DNA from: an uncultured Thermoleophilia bacterium
GTDB taxonomy: Bacteria; Actinomycetota; Thermoleophilia; UBA2241
Assembly: GCA_963765635.1 (NCBI GenBank)
Contig: CAVXXF010000004.1
Location: 1,348,932 to 1,412,931, forward strand
Length of the DNA stretch: 64,000 nt
Direction of reading: 5' to 3'
Each line of letters starts with the position of its first letter. The first letter of the stretch is position 1. Made by a program: the position numbers and the translations under genes. Below, one piece after another: positions 1 through 9,534 of this stretch. Under the pieces are notes generated by a model. The model was not told the DNA's origin. It worked only from the letters and a program-made list of their open reading frames with translations, and searched no databases.

Positions 1-300
1 CGATGAAGAGGGCCATGCCCGCGCAGATCGCCAGGATCAGCACGGGGCGGCGGCCGAAGCGGTCGGCGATCGCGCCGCCGACGATCTGGAACGGCAGGCC
101 GGCCAGAAGCGTGACGCCGATGATGAGACCGATGGACGTCATCGACAGTCCCAGGCGCTGGTTCAGGTACAGCGTCTGGAAGGGGTAGCACATCGTTACG
201 CCGACGGCGTACACGAAGGTCCCGGCGGCGAGCAGCCAGAACTGGCGAGGGAGCGAACGCAGCTCCCCGCCGAAACGCGATCTGAGGCCAGTCTGAGCCG
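1..300 (-). CDS. MFS transporter, N-terminal fragment running off the window start; start codon unresolved
   Basis: Reverse-complement translation of 1-300 reads ...RSLPRQFWLLAAGTFVYAVGVTMCYPFQTLYLNQRLGLSMTSIGLIIGVTLLAGLPFQIVGGAIADRFGRRPVLILAICAGMALFI. That is MFS TM1-TM3 with the G-x3-D-R-x-G-R-R loop signature. In-frame stop at 335-337 and no ATG/GTG/TTG before TM1. Confidence 0.55.
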
Positions 301-426
301 TACGCCCCCCGCCATTCAGCTTCTCGGGGCGATGCTATCGAGCCGAGAAGCTGACGGCGAACCGGCGCCGCGATTCGCGCGCGGCGCTGTCGGGAACCAC
401 CCTCACATCGGCATGCGACCCAAGGA

Positions 427-1383
427 GTGCACCTCATGGCAGCTCAAGCCCGCGCTGTGGAGCGCGTCATCGAGCCGACGCCCGTGATCGAGGGCGCCGG
501 GGTACGCCTGCGGCGCAGCATCGCCACAGCGACGCTCGACTACCTCGACCCATTCCTTCTGCTCGACAACTTCGAGTCAGACGACCCCGACGACTACCTG
601 GCGGGATTCCCCTGGCACCCGCACCGTGGCATCGAGACCGTGACGTACATGCTGGCCGGCGAAGTGGACCACAGGGACAGCATCGGCAACGCGGGCATGA
701 TCGGCGCGGGGGACGTGCAGTGGATGACGGCCGGCGGCGGCATCATGCACGAAGAGATGCCGCGCCCCGGCGTCGACGGGCGCATGGGCGGCTTTCAGCT
801 GTGGGTCAACCTCCCGGCGGATCTCAAGATGACGCGGCCGCGCTACCAGGACCTCGGCGCGGCGCAGATCCCTGTGGTACGGCGCGACGATGGCAGCGTC
901 ATCCGCGTGATCGCCGGCGAGGTCGACGGCGTGAGCGGCGCGGTCACCGAGATCTACGCCGAGCCCGAGTACCTGGACGTGTCGCTGCCGGCCGGCGCCA
1001 CCTTCGTGCAGCCGGTGCCCCGCGGGCACGCGGCCTTCGCCTACGCGTTCGAAGGCGAAGGCCAGTTCGGCGTGGGCTGCGACCTGGGGTACCGCGGTGA
1101 CTTGGACGGCGAACTTCTGAGCGCTCCGCGCATGGCGGTCTTCGGCGACGGCGACGAGGTCCGCGTGGTGGCGCAGGGCGACGCGGTGCGCTTCCTGCTG
1201 GTCAGCGGCAAGCCGCTGGGAGAGCCGATCGCGCGCTATGGCCCCTTCGTGATGAACACTCGCGAGGAGCTGCAGTTCGCGCTGCGCGACCTGCAGAACG
1301 ACGCCTTCGTGTGGAGAGACGACGCGGAGTGGGCGCGCACGCGCCGGACGTGGTCGCCGGACGCGCCGGACTTCAGCCCTTGA
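427..1383 (+). CDS. Pirin family protein (cupin; quercetinase-like)
   Basis: 318 aa; bicupin pirin motifs HPHRGIETVTYMLAGEVDHRDS and GGGIMHEEMP; AAGGAG Shine-Dalgarno about 7 nt upstream of ATG. Confidence 0.9.
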   Translation: MHLMAAQARAVERVIEPTPVIEGAGVRLRRSIATATLDYLDPFLLLDNFESDDPDDYLAGFPWHPHRGIETVTYMLAGEVDHRDSIGNAGMIGAGDVQWMTAGGGIMHEEMPRPGVDGRMGGFQLWVNLPADLKMTRPRYQDLGAAQIPVVRRDDGSVIRVIAGEVDGVSGAVTEIYAEPEYLDVSLPAGATFVQPVPRGHAAFAYAFEGEGQFGVGCDLGYRGDLDGELLSAPRMAVFGDGDEVRVVAQGDAVRFLLVSGKPLGEPIARYGPFVMNTREELQFALRDLQNDAFVWRDDAEWARTRRTWSPDAPDFSP

Positions 1384-2209
1384 GACGCAGCGCCGCGACC
1401 ACCGGCCAATGGTCCGACGGCAAGCCCGAGCGCCCGTCCTCCGGCAGCTGGTTGGCGATTCCCGCGTCGAGCACCTCCCACTCGGGCGATGCCAGCACAT
1501 AGTCGATGCGCGTGCCGTCGGTGGCGCCGTCCCAGTGGTGATGGGTGCCCGCTCCGGGGCCGCGCTCGCCGCGATGCGCGAGCGGGTCTTGGAGGCCGCC
1601 GGCGAGCAGACGCGCCACGGCCGGGTCGCCGGGCGTGGCGTTGAGATCGCCGAGCACGATCCATGGGAGCGCGGGGTCGAGCCAGCCGAGTAGGGCGTCG
1701 GCGCTGCGCAGGCGCGACGCTGCCGAGGCGCCGTCCCAATGGGTGTCTGCGACGCCGAACTCGTGACCGCCGGCGCGGTCACGGAAGCGGCAGAGCGTGA
1801 CCAGGCGTGTGACGGGATTGCCCCATCCGCGCGAGCCCGGCACGCTGGGCGTGTCCGAGAACCAGCGCACCGTCCACGATACGAGCTCCAGGCGGCCGGG
1901 CCGGTACAGCACGGTGCAGCGCTCGCCGCGCTCGCGGCCGTCGTCGCGGCCGGCTCCTACGGCAGCGTAGCCGCTGAGGCGGTGCGCCAGGTAGCGCTGC
2001 TGGAACCCGTGCACCTCCTGAAGGCCGACGACTTCGGCGCCGAGGTCCGCCAGGCAGCGTACCGTCGCACGCCGACGCAGCGGCCAACAGTGAAGGCCGT
2101 CCCAAGCTAGCCCGTGTCGGAGGTTGAGACTCACGACCAAGAGCGCGGTACCGCGCTTGCGCGGGGCGCCGCCCTTGTGGCCGTTGCCGCGCTGGCTCTC
2201 GACACTCAC
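1373..2209 (-). CDS. Endonuclease/exonuclease/phosphatase (EEP) family protein
   Basis: C-terminal 279 aa of the 439-aa ORF: LLVVSLNLRHG...LQEV...TVLYRP...DLNA...DYVLAS...SDHWPVVAALRL are EEP motifs. Upstream part of the ORF is low-complexity Arg-rich junk. GTG start at 2209 overlaps the upstream gene stop (GTGA). Confidence 0.75.
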   Translation of the reverse strand: MSVESQRGNGHKGGAPRKRGTALLVVSLNLRHGLAWDGLHCWPLRRRATVRCLADLGAEVVGLQEVHGFQQRYLAHRLSGYAAVGAGRDDGRERGERCTVLYRPGRLELVSWTVRWFSDTPSVPGSRGWGNPVTRLVTLCRFRDRAGGHEFGVADTHWDGASAASRLRSADALLGWLDPALPWIVLGDLNATPGDPAVARLLAGGLQDPLAHRGERGPGAGTHHHWDGATDGTRIDYVLASPEWEVLDAGIANQLPEDGRSGLPSDHWPVVAALRLKG

Positions 2210-2646
2210 GAAGGGAAGTGGTCCTGGTACGAGACCGCCTCGTTCTCGGCGCCGATGCGCCGATGCAACTGCTGATGACTGCGGCGCTCCTCGTCTTCGG
2301 CCATCGCCTGTTCTTCGTCCCTCGTGGGTTTGCCGACCTGATTCCCTCCGCGCTCGATGTAGTCCTTGAAGACCACGAGATCGCGGGCGACGTTCTGCTC
2401 GAGCACCTCCCGGGATGGCCCATTCTCTTCGTCGCACTCGACACTGAAGATCACGTCGGTGCGACTGCCGGAGTTGACCGGCTCGAAGCTGACCAGGCCG
2501 GCGCGCACGGCGTCGACGCAGGCAAGCTCGTCGCAGGCGAGCCGCTGACGACCGTTCATGACCGAGCGCACGAAATGTGACCAGGTGGCGAGCGCGACCG
2601 ATGGCGGCGCGAGCACCTCGATGTGGCGGCTTACGGTTGACATGGT
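2206..2646 (-). CDS. SRPBCC (polyketide cyclase/dehydrase-like) domain protein
   Basis: MSTVSRHIEVLAPPSVALATWSHFVRSV... is a typical SRPBCC N-terminus. Good GC3 bias. Translationally coupled to the downstream EEP gene. Confidence 0.6.
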   Translation of the reverse strand, partial: TMSTVSRHIEVLAPPSVALATWSHFVRSVMNGRQRLACDELACVDAVRAGLVSFEPVNSGSRTDVIFSVECDEENGPSREVLEQNVARDLVVFKDYIERGGNQVGKPTRDEEQAMAEDEERRSHQQLHRRIGAENEAVSYQDHFPS

Positions 2647-2760
2647 GCCTCTCTTCGTCGGCAAGGCGAATTCGTGAAGAGACAGTACCCATGCCGCTTC
2701 GGCGGCGAACGTCGTGCGTGCGTTCACAGCCGGCGCGGCGCGGGCGCCTTGACCGCCGCG

Positions 2761-3267
2761 CTACTTCACGTCCCTGGCGGCCTCCGCCAGCGCGTCGCTG
2801 AGGACCTTGCTCTCCATGTCGACTTCGCGCGTGACCCGCTTGCGCGCCCTGGTGAGGGCCGCATCGACGTAGGTCTGCAGTGCCGACTCTCCGACGATGA
2901 GGAGGGCGGCCTCGCCGTCGTCGAGCAGCTCACCGAGCTCCATGACGTCCTTGCGCGACATACCCTTCCAGAAGTGGCCGATGAGACCGCCGGCAAGCCC
3001 ACCGGCGGCCGCGCCGACGAGGAGGGACGGCGGGAAGATGATGCCGATCACGGCACCCGCCGCGAGGCCCGTCCAGGCGGCGTGCTGGGTAGGTTTCTCG
3101 TGCTTGCCCACGTGCACGTGGCCGTGCGCGTCCTTGGTGACTACGGCGGCGTCGTAGGTGCCGAGCATGTGGTCCTTGTGCAGGGCCTTGACGGCCTCGA
3201 AGTCGAACTGCGCGTCGGCCTCACTGTCGTAGGTGGCGAGGTAGAGAAAGACGGGTTCGTCGGCCAT
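2761..3267 (-). CDS. DUF1269-like membrane protein (general stress-associated)
   Basis: 168 aa; soluble N-terminal half, then Gly-rich TM segment GLAAGAVIGIIFPPSLLVGAAAGGLAGGLIGHFW; coding GC3 bias. Confidence 0.7.
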   Translation of the reverse strand: MADEPVFLYLATYDSEADAQFDFEAVKALHKDHMLGTYDAAVVTKDAHGHVHVGKHEKPTQHAAWTGLAAGAVIGIIFPPSLLVGAAAGGLAGGLIGHFWKGMSRKDVMELGELLDDGEAALLIVGESALQTYVDAALTRARKRVTREVDMESKVLSDALAEAARDVK

Positions 3268-3408
3268 GCCTGCTCCTCTTCAGTGGGTTCACGATCCTTG
3301 CTTTGGATGCCCGCTCCGTGGCGCGTGGAAACCGTCCGCGGGGCGCCGCGCGCGCGCTTAGGCCCGATCCTCTCCCACTCCGGCGCTACGACGATATAGA
3401 CTACGAAG

Positions 3409-3930
3409 GTGACGACCGAACTGACTCGCATCGGCGTGATCTCCGACACGCATGGCCACCTCGACCCGCAAGTGCTCGCCGAGTTCGCCGGCGTGCAGTA
3501 CATCGTCCACGCCGGCGACATTATGGACCCGGCCACCATCGAGGCGCTGGAAGCTCTCGCCCCGGTGACCGCCGTGGCCGGCAACATGGACGCCGGCAAG
3601 CTCGGCAAACTGCCCCGCGAGGTGTGCCTCGAGCTCGGCGGCATACGGCTGGTCGTCGGTCACAAGCGCAAGCGCCTTGAGAAGCGCCTGGCGCTTGGCA
3701 AGGTCGACTGTCTGGCTGCCGGTGGGGCGCCGGACCTCATCATCTTCGGGCACGACCACCTGCCGGCGGTGGAGTGGGTCGACGGCGTGCTTTTCCTGAA
3801 CCCCGGCTCGGCCAGTGCTCCTCACGAGGAGGACGACGATCCCACGATCGTGATCGTCGAGAGCGGGACGGCAGGGCTCGAGGTGCGCTTCATCCCGCTC
3901 AAGCGCTCCACCGAGGCTTTCTCCGACTAA
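3409..3930 (+). CDS. YfcE/MJ0936-family metallophosphoesterase
   Basis: RIGVISDTHGH...VHAGDI...GNMD...GHKR...IIFGHDHLP are calcineurin-like phosphoesterase metal-binding motifs. GTG start preceded by a TATAGA -10-like box. Confidence 0.85.
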   Translation: MTTELTRIGVISDTHGHLDPQVLAEFAGVQYIVHAGDIMDPATIEALEALAPVTAVAGNMDAGKLGKLPREVCLELGGIRLVVGHKRKRLEKRLALGKVDCLAAGGAPDLIIFGHDHLPAVEWVDGVLFLNPGSASAPHEEDDDPTIVIVESGTAGLEVRFIPLKRSTEAFSD

Positions 3931-4086
3931 CGGGCGCCGGGCGCGACCGTTGGGGTTTGGCTCTGCCCGGCGCGTGCAACCAAGAGGTGAGACACGCCAG
4001 CCGGAGAGGCCATCACGGATCATGCCACCACACCCGTCGCGCGATGCGACAGCGATGAGAAGATCACCTTCCTCGGTCACGCCACA

Positions 4087-4872
4087 GTGGTCATCGAGAT
4101 CGCCGGGATCCGGCTGATCACCGACCCCGTCCTGCGACAGCAGGTGGGCCCCCTTTGGCGGCGCACGCCGAAGCCCCTCCTCGGGCCGCTCGCCGACCTC
4201 GACGTCGTGCTCATCTCGCATCTTCACCTCGACCACTACGACCCGGCGTCGCTGCGGCTGCTCGACGCCGGCGTGCCCATCGTGGGCCCGCCGGGGAGCG
4301 CGCGGTCCCTCGGCCGGCGCGGCTTCACCGACGTCCACGAGCTGCGGCCCGGCGAGAGCCTGCGTCTGGGCGGCATCGAGATCGCCGCGACCGAGGCCCG
4401 CCACAGGGGCACCCGTCACCCGCTGGCGAGGCGCACGCCGAGCAATGGCTATGTGATCAGCGGCGGCGGCAGGCACCTTTACTTCGCCGGCGATACCGGG
4501 CTCTTCGCCGGCATGGCTGACCTCTGGGACGGTCTCGATGTGGCGCTGCTGCCCATCGCCGGGCTTGGACCCTGGATGCCCGAGTTCAAACACCTGAGCC
4601 CGCGCCACGCGGTGCGTGCGGCGAAGCTCCTGCGGCCCAGACTGGTGATCCCCATCCACTGGGGCACGTACCACCTTCCGGGCACGGTGCTGATGCGCAT
4701 GCGGCCGGACGTCCACCGGCGGGCGCCGTATGTGTTCGTGCGCGAGGCGGCGGCTTTGGAGCCGGAGATCCGCACTGTGCTGCTCGACCCGGGCGAGAGT
4801 CTCGATCTTGCGGAGGAACTCGCGTTCGCCCACCGCTCTCCTGTAGCTGGGCTGGGACGGGAAGTAGCGTGA
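4087..4872 (+). CDS. MBL-fold metallo-hydrolase; N-terminus uncertain
   Basis: HLHLDHYD (HxHxDH) motif and YFAGDTG. Conserved KITFLGHAT strand is encoded in-frame upstream of the first canonical start (GTG 4087), after a stop at 3988-3990. Confidence 0.8.
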   Translation: MVIEIAGIRLITDPVLRQQVGPLWRRTPKPLLGPLADLDVVLISHLHLDHYDPASLRLLDAGVPIVGPPGSARSLGRRGFTDVHELRPGESLRLGGIEIAATEARHRGTRHPLARRTPSNGYVISGGGRHLYFAGDTGLFAGMADLWDGLDVALLPIAGLGPWMPEFKHLSPRHAVRAAKLLRPRLVIPIHWGTYHLPGTVLMRMRPDVHRRAPYVFVREAAALEPEIRTVLLDPGESLDLAEELAFAHRSPVAGLGREVA

Positions 4873-5330
4873 AGTCGCACACCGTCTACAAGACCTTCCA
4901 CGTGCAGCAGCGCCGCGCCTTCGTGCGCATCACCGAGGACGTGCAGCGCGCCGTCGACGAGTCGGGGATCAGCGAGGGCATGGCGCTGGTCTCGGCGATG
5001 CACATCACGGCCGGCGTGTGGGTCAACGACGACGAGCCCGGCCTTCAGGCCGACGCGCTCGAGTGGCTCGACAAGCTGGCGCCGCCGTCCTGGCAGCCGC
5101 CGGCCGACGACGTGGCCCGGCAGCTGCTCCCCGACGGCGGCGACTACCGCCACCACCGCGGCGGCGAGGACAACGGCGACGCCCACCTCAAGAACCTGCT
5201 CGTGCACCACCAGGTCATCGTCCCGGTCACCGCCGGCAGGCTCGACCTCGGGCCCTGGCAGGCGGTCTTCTACTGCGAGTTCGACGGGCGGCGCAGCAAA
5301 CGGCTCATCATCAAGGTACTCGGGGAGTAG
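4869..5330 (+). CDS. YjbQ/UPF0047 family (secondary thiamine-phosphate synthase-like) protein
   Basis: 153 aa; [25 protein letters not shown]...[17 protein letters not shown]...[19 protein letters not shown] matches YjbQ family. ATGA overlap with the upstream gene. Confidence 0.85.
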   Translation: MKSHTVYKTFHVQQRRAFVRITEDVQRAVDESGISEGMALVSAMHITAGVWVNDDEPGLQADALEWLDKLAPPSWQPPADDVARQLLPDGGDYRHHRGGEDNGDAHLKNLLVHHQVIVPVTAGRLDLGPWQAVFYCEFDGRRSKRLIIKVLGE

Positions 5331-5424
5331 GACCGCGGGCAGGCGCCTTCACGAGGGATTCCCAGCCGTGAAGGCGAAGATGGTCGCAGCACCGTGAGAG
5401 ACGAGTGATCAGGAGGACGGCGAG

Positions 5425-5976
5425 ATGGACGAGCAGCAGAGCGCGACGGTCGTGGTCGTCAGCGAGAAATCCATGGCGCACCGCTACTGGGGCGTCATGC
5501 TGGCGGCGGGGATCGTCGCCATCATCTTCGGTATCATCGTGCTGGCGAACATCTGGGGCAGCGTGCGCCTGGTGGCCATCCTCGCCGGCCTGTTCCTCGT
5601 CTTCGCCGGGATCGTACAGCTCGTGCACGCCGCCGGCGCCGAGCGCAAGACGGGCAGGATCATCGGCGGGCTCGTGATCCTGATCCTCGGGCTGATCCTC
5701 GTGTTCTGGCCCGAATCGTCGGTCAAGACCGTGGCCGTGCTCGTAGGCCTCGCCTTCCTCTTCTGGGGCGTCGTGATGGCGATCGCGGCCTTCGTCGACC
5801 GTGGCGAAGGCTGGGGCGTCGCCGCCGGCTTTGGCGTCCTGCTGGCGCTCGTCGGCGTCGTCGTCATCGCGTGGCCGGGGCCGACCATCGCCATCCTCAT
5901 GATCCTCGTCGGCATCGACGCGATCCTCTTCGGGGCGTCGATGATCGCCCAAGGGCTGGCGCTGCGCAGGGCGTGA
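5425..5976 (+). CDS. HdeD-family (DUF308) acid-resistance membrane protein
   Basis: 183 aa, six hydrophobic helices with repeated GxxxLxxG pattern; AGGAGGA SD upstream of ATG. Confidence 0.8.
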   Translation: MDEQQSATVVVVSEKSMAHRYWGVMLAAGIVAIIFGIIVLANIWGSVRLVAILAGLFLVFAGIVQLVHAAGAERKTGRIIGGLVILILGLILVFWPESSVKTVAVLVGLAFLFWGVVMAIAAFVDRGEGWGVAAGFGVLLALVGVVVIAWPGPTIAILMILVGIDAILFGASMIAQGLALRRA

Positions 5977-5977
5977 C

Positions 5978-6556
5978 GTGAACGCCGACCCAGAAGATGG
6001 GCGTCGCCAACCCTCGCCGCTCATCGGGCGGATGGTCGCCTCGAGTCGGTTCTTCGTGCTCCTGGCCACCCTCAGCCTGTTCCTCGCCTTCATGGCGGTC
6101 ATGGTCTCGACGGTGTCATTCACGGTCTCGACGATCTGGAATACCGTGACCGGCGAAGGAATGACGCAGAACGAGATGATCGGCAAGCTGATCAAGCAGG
6201 CGGATTACGCGCTGCTTGCCACCGTGCTCTACGTGCTCGCGCTGGGTCTGTACAGCCTCTTCGTCGACGACCGCGTGCCGATGCCCGGCTGGCTGCGCAT
6301 CAGTGATCTCGGGCAGCTCAAGGAGCTCCTTGCGGGAGTGGTCGTGGTCGCCATCGCCGTCATCTTCCTAGGGGAGGCGCTCACGTGGAACGGCAGTTCC
6401 GACCTGCTGGCGCCTGGCCTCGCGTCGGCGGCCGTGATCGCCGCGCTCGCGCTGTTCCTGTGGCAGGCCACGCGCGAGCGTCAGCTGGACCGCGAGGCCG
6501 AACCTCCGGGCCAGGCCGCCGGCGACCATGGAGATGACGTCGCCGGCGACGCCTGA
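5978..6556 (+). CDS. YqhA/UPF0114 family membrane protein
   Basis: 192 aa; MVASSRFFVLLATLSLFLAFMAV...IGKLIKQADYALLATVLYVLALGLY typical of UPF0114; GTG start 1 nt after the upstream stop. Confidence 0.7.
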   Translation: MNADPEDGRRQPSPLIGRMVASSRFFVLLATLSLFLAFMAVMVSTVSFTVSTIWNTVTGEGMTQNEMIGKLIKQADYALLATVLYVLALGLYSLFVDDRVPMPGWLRISDLGQLKELLAGVVVVAIAVIFLGEALTWNGSSDLLAPGLASAAVIAALALFLWQATRERQLDREAEPPGQAAGDHGDDVAGDA

Positions 6557-6690
6557 CGCGAAGATCAGCTCGTCACGACCGCAGCAGGGCGAACAGCGCC
6601 GCGGCGCCGATCGCAAGCAGGGCCACGAAGATCACGACGCGGGTGGTGTGGACGTGGCGCACGGGCCGCCTCCCTTCCTCGCCGGGCGCC

Positions 6691-8028
6691 TCAGACCATG
6701 TTGAAGCGCTCGGTGTAGATGTTCTCCCATGGTACGCCCGTGCGCCGCAGGGCGCGCTCAACGGCGTCCATCATGTCCGGTGGGCCGCAGACGAAGTACT
6801 TGTGGGCCGTCCTGTCCTCGGGGAGATGCCGGCCGAGCAGTGTCGTATCGATGCGGCCGGTCTCACCGCGCCAGTCGGGCGGCGGCGAGGAGAGAACCTG
6901 GACGATCTGCAGCCGGATGCGGTCCGGCAGCGCCTCGAGCTCTTCTTTGAACGTCAGATCGTCCTCCGTAGGCGCGCCGTAGATCAGCACGTGCCGGCGC
7001 GCGTCTCCGCGGTCGGCAAGGGTCCGCAGCATGCTCATGATGGGCGTGATGCCGACGCCACCCGCGACGAACACGTAGCCGTTCCCGTCGTAGCGGTCGA
7101 TGCTGAAGGCGCCGTGCGGGCCCTCCACGTAGGCGGCAGTTCCTGGAGCGACAGCGCCGACAGTCTGCGTGAAATCGCCGGCGTTCTTGATGGTGAAGGC
7201 TATCCGCTCGTTGTCCATGGCGCTGGACGAGAAGGAGAAGGGATGATCCTCGACGGCGAACGCGCTACGGCCCAGCGTGAGCCAGGCGAACTGACCGGGC
7301 GCGAAGCGCATGCCGCGATGCCCCACCGGCCGCAGGAAGAGGGTCCAGGCGCGGCCGCGCTCGGGGACGACCTGATCGACCACCCACGGCCGCCGCAGGA
7401 GCAGCGAAGGCACGACGAAGCGCACGTAGATCAGGAGGCCGATCACCGCCAGCGCCATGGCCGCCCAGAGCGCCTTCTTCCAGGGCAGGTCCACATACCA
7501 GCCTACGAGCTCCACATGGGTGAGCGCGAGCGCCACCGCGGCCGTCGCGAGCAGGCCATGCGCGAGGCGCCACACCTCGTAGGGCAGGTGGAGCCGACGC
7601 CGCCACACCGAGATGCCGATCAGCGCCAGCACTGCCACCGTGGCGGCCACGGCGAATCGCGCCCGCCAGGGCGCCGTGAGCGGGTCGAGCAGCTCGATCG
7701 TCTCGGGGCGCGTCACAAAGAGGATGATGGGGTGTGCGAGCACGAGGGCTCCGGCCACGATCGATATCTGCTTGTGGAAGCGCAGGATGATATCGATGCC
7801 GTAGGGGGCGGCGATGTTGCGAAAGCGGGCCGTGACGGCGAACTGGAGGCCCATCATCGCCAGGGCGACGAAACCGAGGGCGACGGAGAACTCGGTCCAG
7901 AATGGGCGCCGGGGATGATCGCGATAGGAGAACGCGATCGCCAGCGGCAACAGCGAGAGGCCGACGTAGAGGGCCAGCCAGAAGGCGCCGCCGAGCGCGC
8001 GCCGCCGGCGAGTGTCGGACCCGGTCAT
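6691..8028 (-). CDS. Ferric reductase/NADPH-oxidase-like flavocytochrome (FRD transmembrane domain fused to FAD/NAD(P)-binding FNR domain)
   Basis: 445 aa. Two His pairs spaced 13 residues apart in consecutive TM helices (FHKQISIVAGALVLAH and AHGLLATAAVALALTH) indicate bis-heme ligands. HPFSF FAD motif, GGVGITP NAD(P)H motif and CGPPDMM C-terminal motif are present. Confidence 0.85.
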   Translation of the reverse strand: MTGSDTRRRRALGGAFWLALYVGLSLLPLAIAFSYRDHPRRPFWTEFSVALGFVALAMMGLQFAVTARFRNIAAPYGIDIILRFHKQISIVAGALVLAHPIILFVTRPETIELLDPLTAPWRARFAVAATVAVLALIGISVWRRRLHLPYEVWRLAHGLLATAAVALALTHVELVGWYVDLPWKKALWAAMALAVIGLLIYVRFVVPSLLLRRPWVVDQVVPERGRAWTLFLRPVGHRGMRFAPGQFAWLTLGRSAFAVEDHPFSFSSSAMDNERIAFTIKNAGDFTQTVGAVAPGTAAYVEGPHGAFSIDRYDGNGYVFVAGGVGITPIMSMLRTLADRGDARRHVLIYGAPTEDDLTFKEELEALPDRIRLQIVQVLSSPPPDWRGETGRIDTTLLGRHLPEDRTAHKYFVCGPPDMMDAVERALRRTGVPWENIYTERFNMV

Positions 8029-8215
8029 GCCGCCAGTCTACCTGTTCGCCGTGCGGTCCACAGCAGCAGCGGGGTTCGGACCGGGCGGAGGCTGGGTAGG
8101 AGTACAGTTCGAAACCCCGGCAGCGGGGAAGAGGCGACGAAGCGGAGACGGGACTCTGGAACGACCGATTGAAGAGAACGAGCCGCTGGTGAGAGGGCTT
8201 CAGTGGGCCATCCGC

Positions 8216-8605
8216 ATGGCGGTGAGAGCCCTTGCGGTGCTCATGACCGGTGTCATCGTGTTCGGCGTGGCAGACGTCGTGTTCGTCTTGTATCAGCGCT
8301 TGATGGCCGAGCCCAGAGGATTGCTGCAGATCAGCGATATCCTGGCGACCTTTGGCGCCTTCATGGCCGTGCTGATCGCGATCGAGATTTTCGTCAACAT
8401 CATCAGCTACCTCCGCGAAGACGTGATCCACGTGCGCATCGTGCTCGCCACGGCGATGATGGCGATCGCGCGGAAGGTCATCATTCTCGACTACAACACG
8501 ACATCTCCTCAGTACATCTACGCGACCGCCGCGGTCGTGGCCGCGATGGCGCTGGCCTACTGGCTTGTCGTGCGCGAGCGTCTCACGAAGGCCGATGAGG
8601 AGTGA
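8216..8605 (+). CDS. psiE: PsiE family (phosphate-starvation-inducible) membrane protein
   Basis: VIVFGVADVVFVLYQ...ILATFGAFMAVLIAIEIFVNI...VIHVRIVLATAMMAIARKVIILD matches PsiE. ATG 8216; alternative GTG 8189. N-terminal part of the track ORF is spurious. Confidence 0.7.
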   Translation: MAVRALAVLMTGVIVFGVADVVFVLYQRLMAEPRGLLQISDILATFGAFMAVLIAIEIFVNIISYLREDVIHVRIVLATAMMAIARKVIILDYNTTSPQYIYATAAVVAAMALAYWLVVRERLTKADEE

Positions 8606-8626
8606 GCCACCGCCGCAGAAAGCGTC

Positions 8627-9394
8627 TCAGCCGATCTTGTCCCTCTTGCGCCGTGCCTGACCGAGGTTCTGCACCACCAGCGACACCACGGTGATGAGGT
8701 AGAGCTGGCCGAGGACGGCTTCGAGCACGGCCAGCATGCGCCCCACGCTCCCCGCAGCCGTGAGGTCGCCGTAGCCCACGGTCGTGATCGTCGTCAGACT
8801 GAAGTAGAGGAAGTCGATCGTCCCGGGCTTCTGGGAAGGCTGGGACTGCGCGAAGAAGGGATCGCCGCTGAGCACGCCGACCAGGGCGAATATGCTGGCA
8901 AAGAACATCGCGATGAGCAGGTAGACGCAGATCGCTCCGTAGAAGGTGTTGAGGTTGATGACCGGGTGCGTCGCCAGCCGCTTCACGATGGCCACCGGCG
9001 CCACGATCACAAGAAGGGCGGTCAGCAGCCCCGCGACCGCCTGCGACAGGTCCTCGCTGCCGAACGCGCCGAGGACGACGGCGCCCAGCGTGACCACCGG
9101 GATCAGGGCCATGGCATAGCGCAGAAGGCGGCGTTCGACCTGTGACGCGCGCAAGGCCAGCCACGTGGTGGCGGCGAGCACGACGAGGAGGATGGGGCGG
9201 CCGTAGGGAGAGTCCCCGGCGACCGCCGCCACGAAGTAACTGACGATGAGCAGCACGAGCACGAGGCCGTAGCTGTCGGCGAAGCGGGGCGACTTCTCGG
9301 CGGGCGGCTCCCCCGGCTCGGCGGGTGCCGGTGCCAAAGTCGGCGCGGCCGCGTCGGCGGGCGTCTGGAGCGGAATGTCGTCGGGCTCGTTCAT
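8627..9394 (-). CDS. Two-TM potassium channel (ion_trans_2)
   Basis: Pore helix plus selectivity filter TTITTVGYGDL flanked by two TM helices; start taken at MNEPDD (ATG 9394). Confidence 0.85.
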   Translation of the reverse strand: MNEPDDIPLQTPADAAAPTLAPAPAEPGEPPAEKSPRFADSYGLVLVLLIVSYFVAAVAGDSPYGRPILLVVLAATTWLALRASQVERRLLRYAMALIPVVTLGAVVLGAFGSEDLSQAVAGLLTALLVIVAPVAIVKRLATHPVINLNTFYGAICVYLLIAMFFASIFALVGVLSGDPFFAQSQPSQKPGTIDFLYFSLTTITTVGYGDLTAAGSVGRMLAVLEAVLGQLYLITVVSLVVQNLGQARRKRDKIG

Positions 9395-9534
9395 GGCGTA
9401 AGCGCCACTGTATCCCACGGGCTGGAGGGCGCAAGCTGACGCGGCAAAGCCCGGCACGATGGCGCCGCGTGGAGGTGTCGCCGGGCGCGGCGCCGAACCC
9501 CTTGCTGTACACTCGCTGAGGAACTCCTGAGCCT

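Noticed and set aside
577-1782. 401-aa minus-strand ORF overlapping the pirin gene
   Set aside because: Antisense to a well-supported pirin CDS; Arg/Ala/Pro-rich low-complexity translation typical of out-of-frame GC-rich DNA.
6643-8172. 509-aa plus-strand ORF
   Set aside because: Antisense to the NOX-like flavocytochrome, which has coherent TM helices and cofactor motifs; its own translation is an R/G/H/D-rich artefact.
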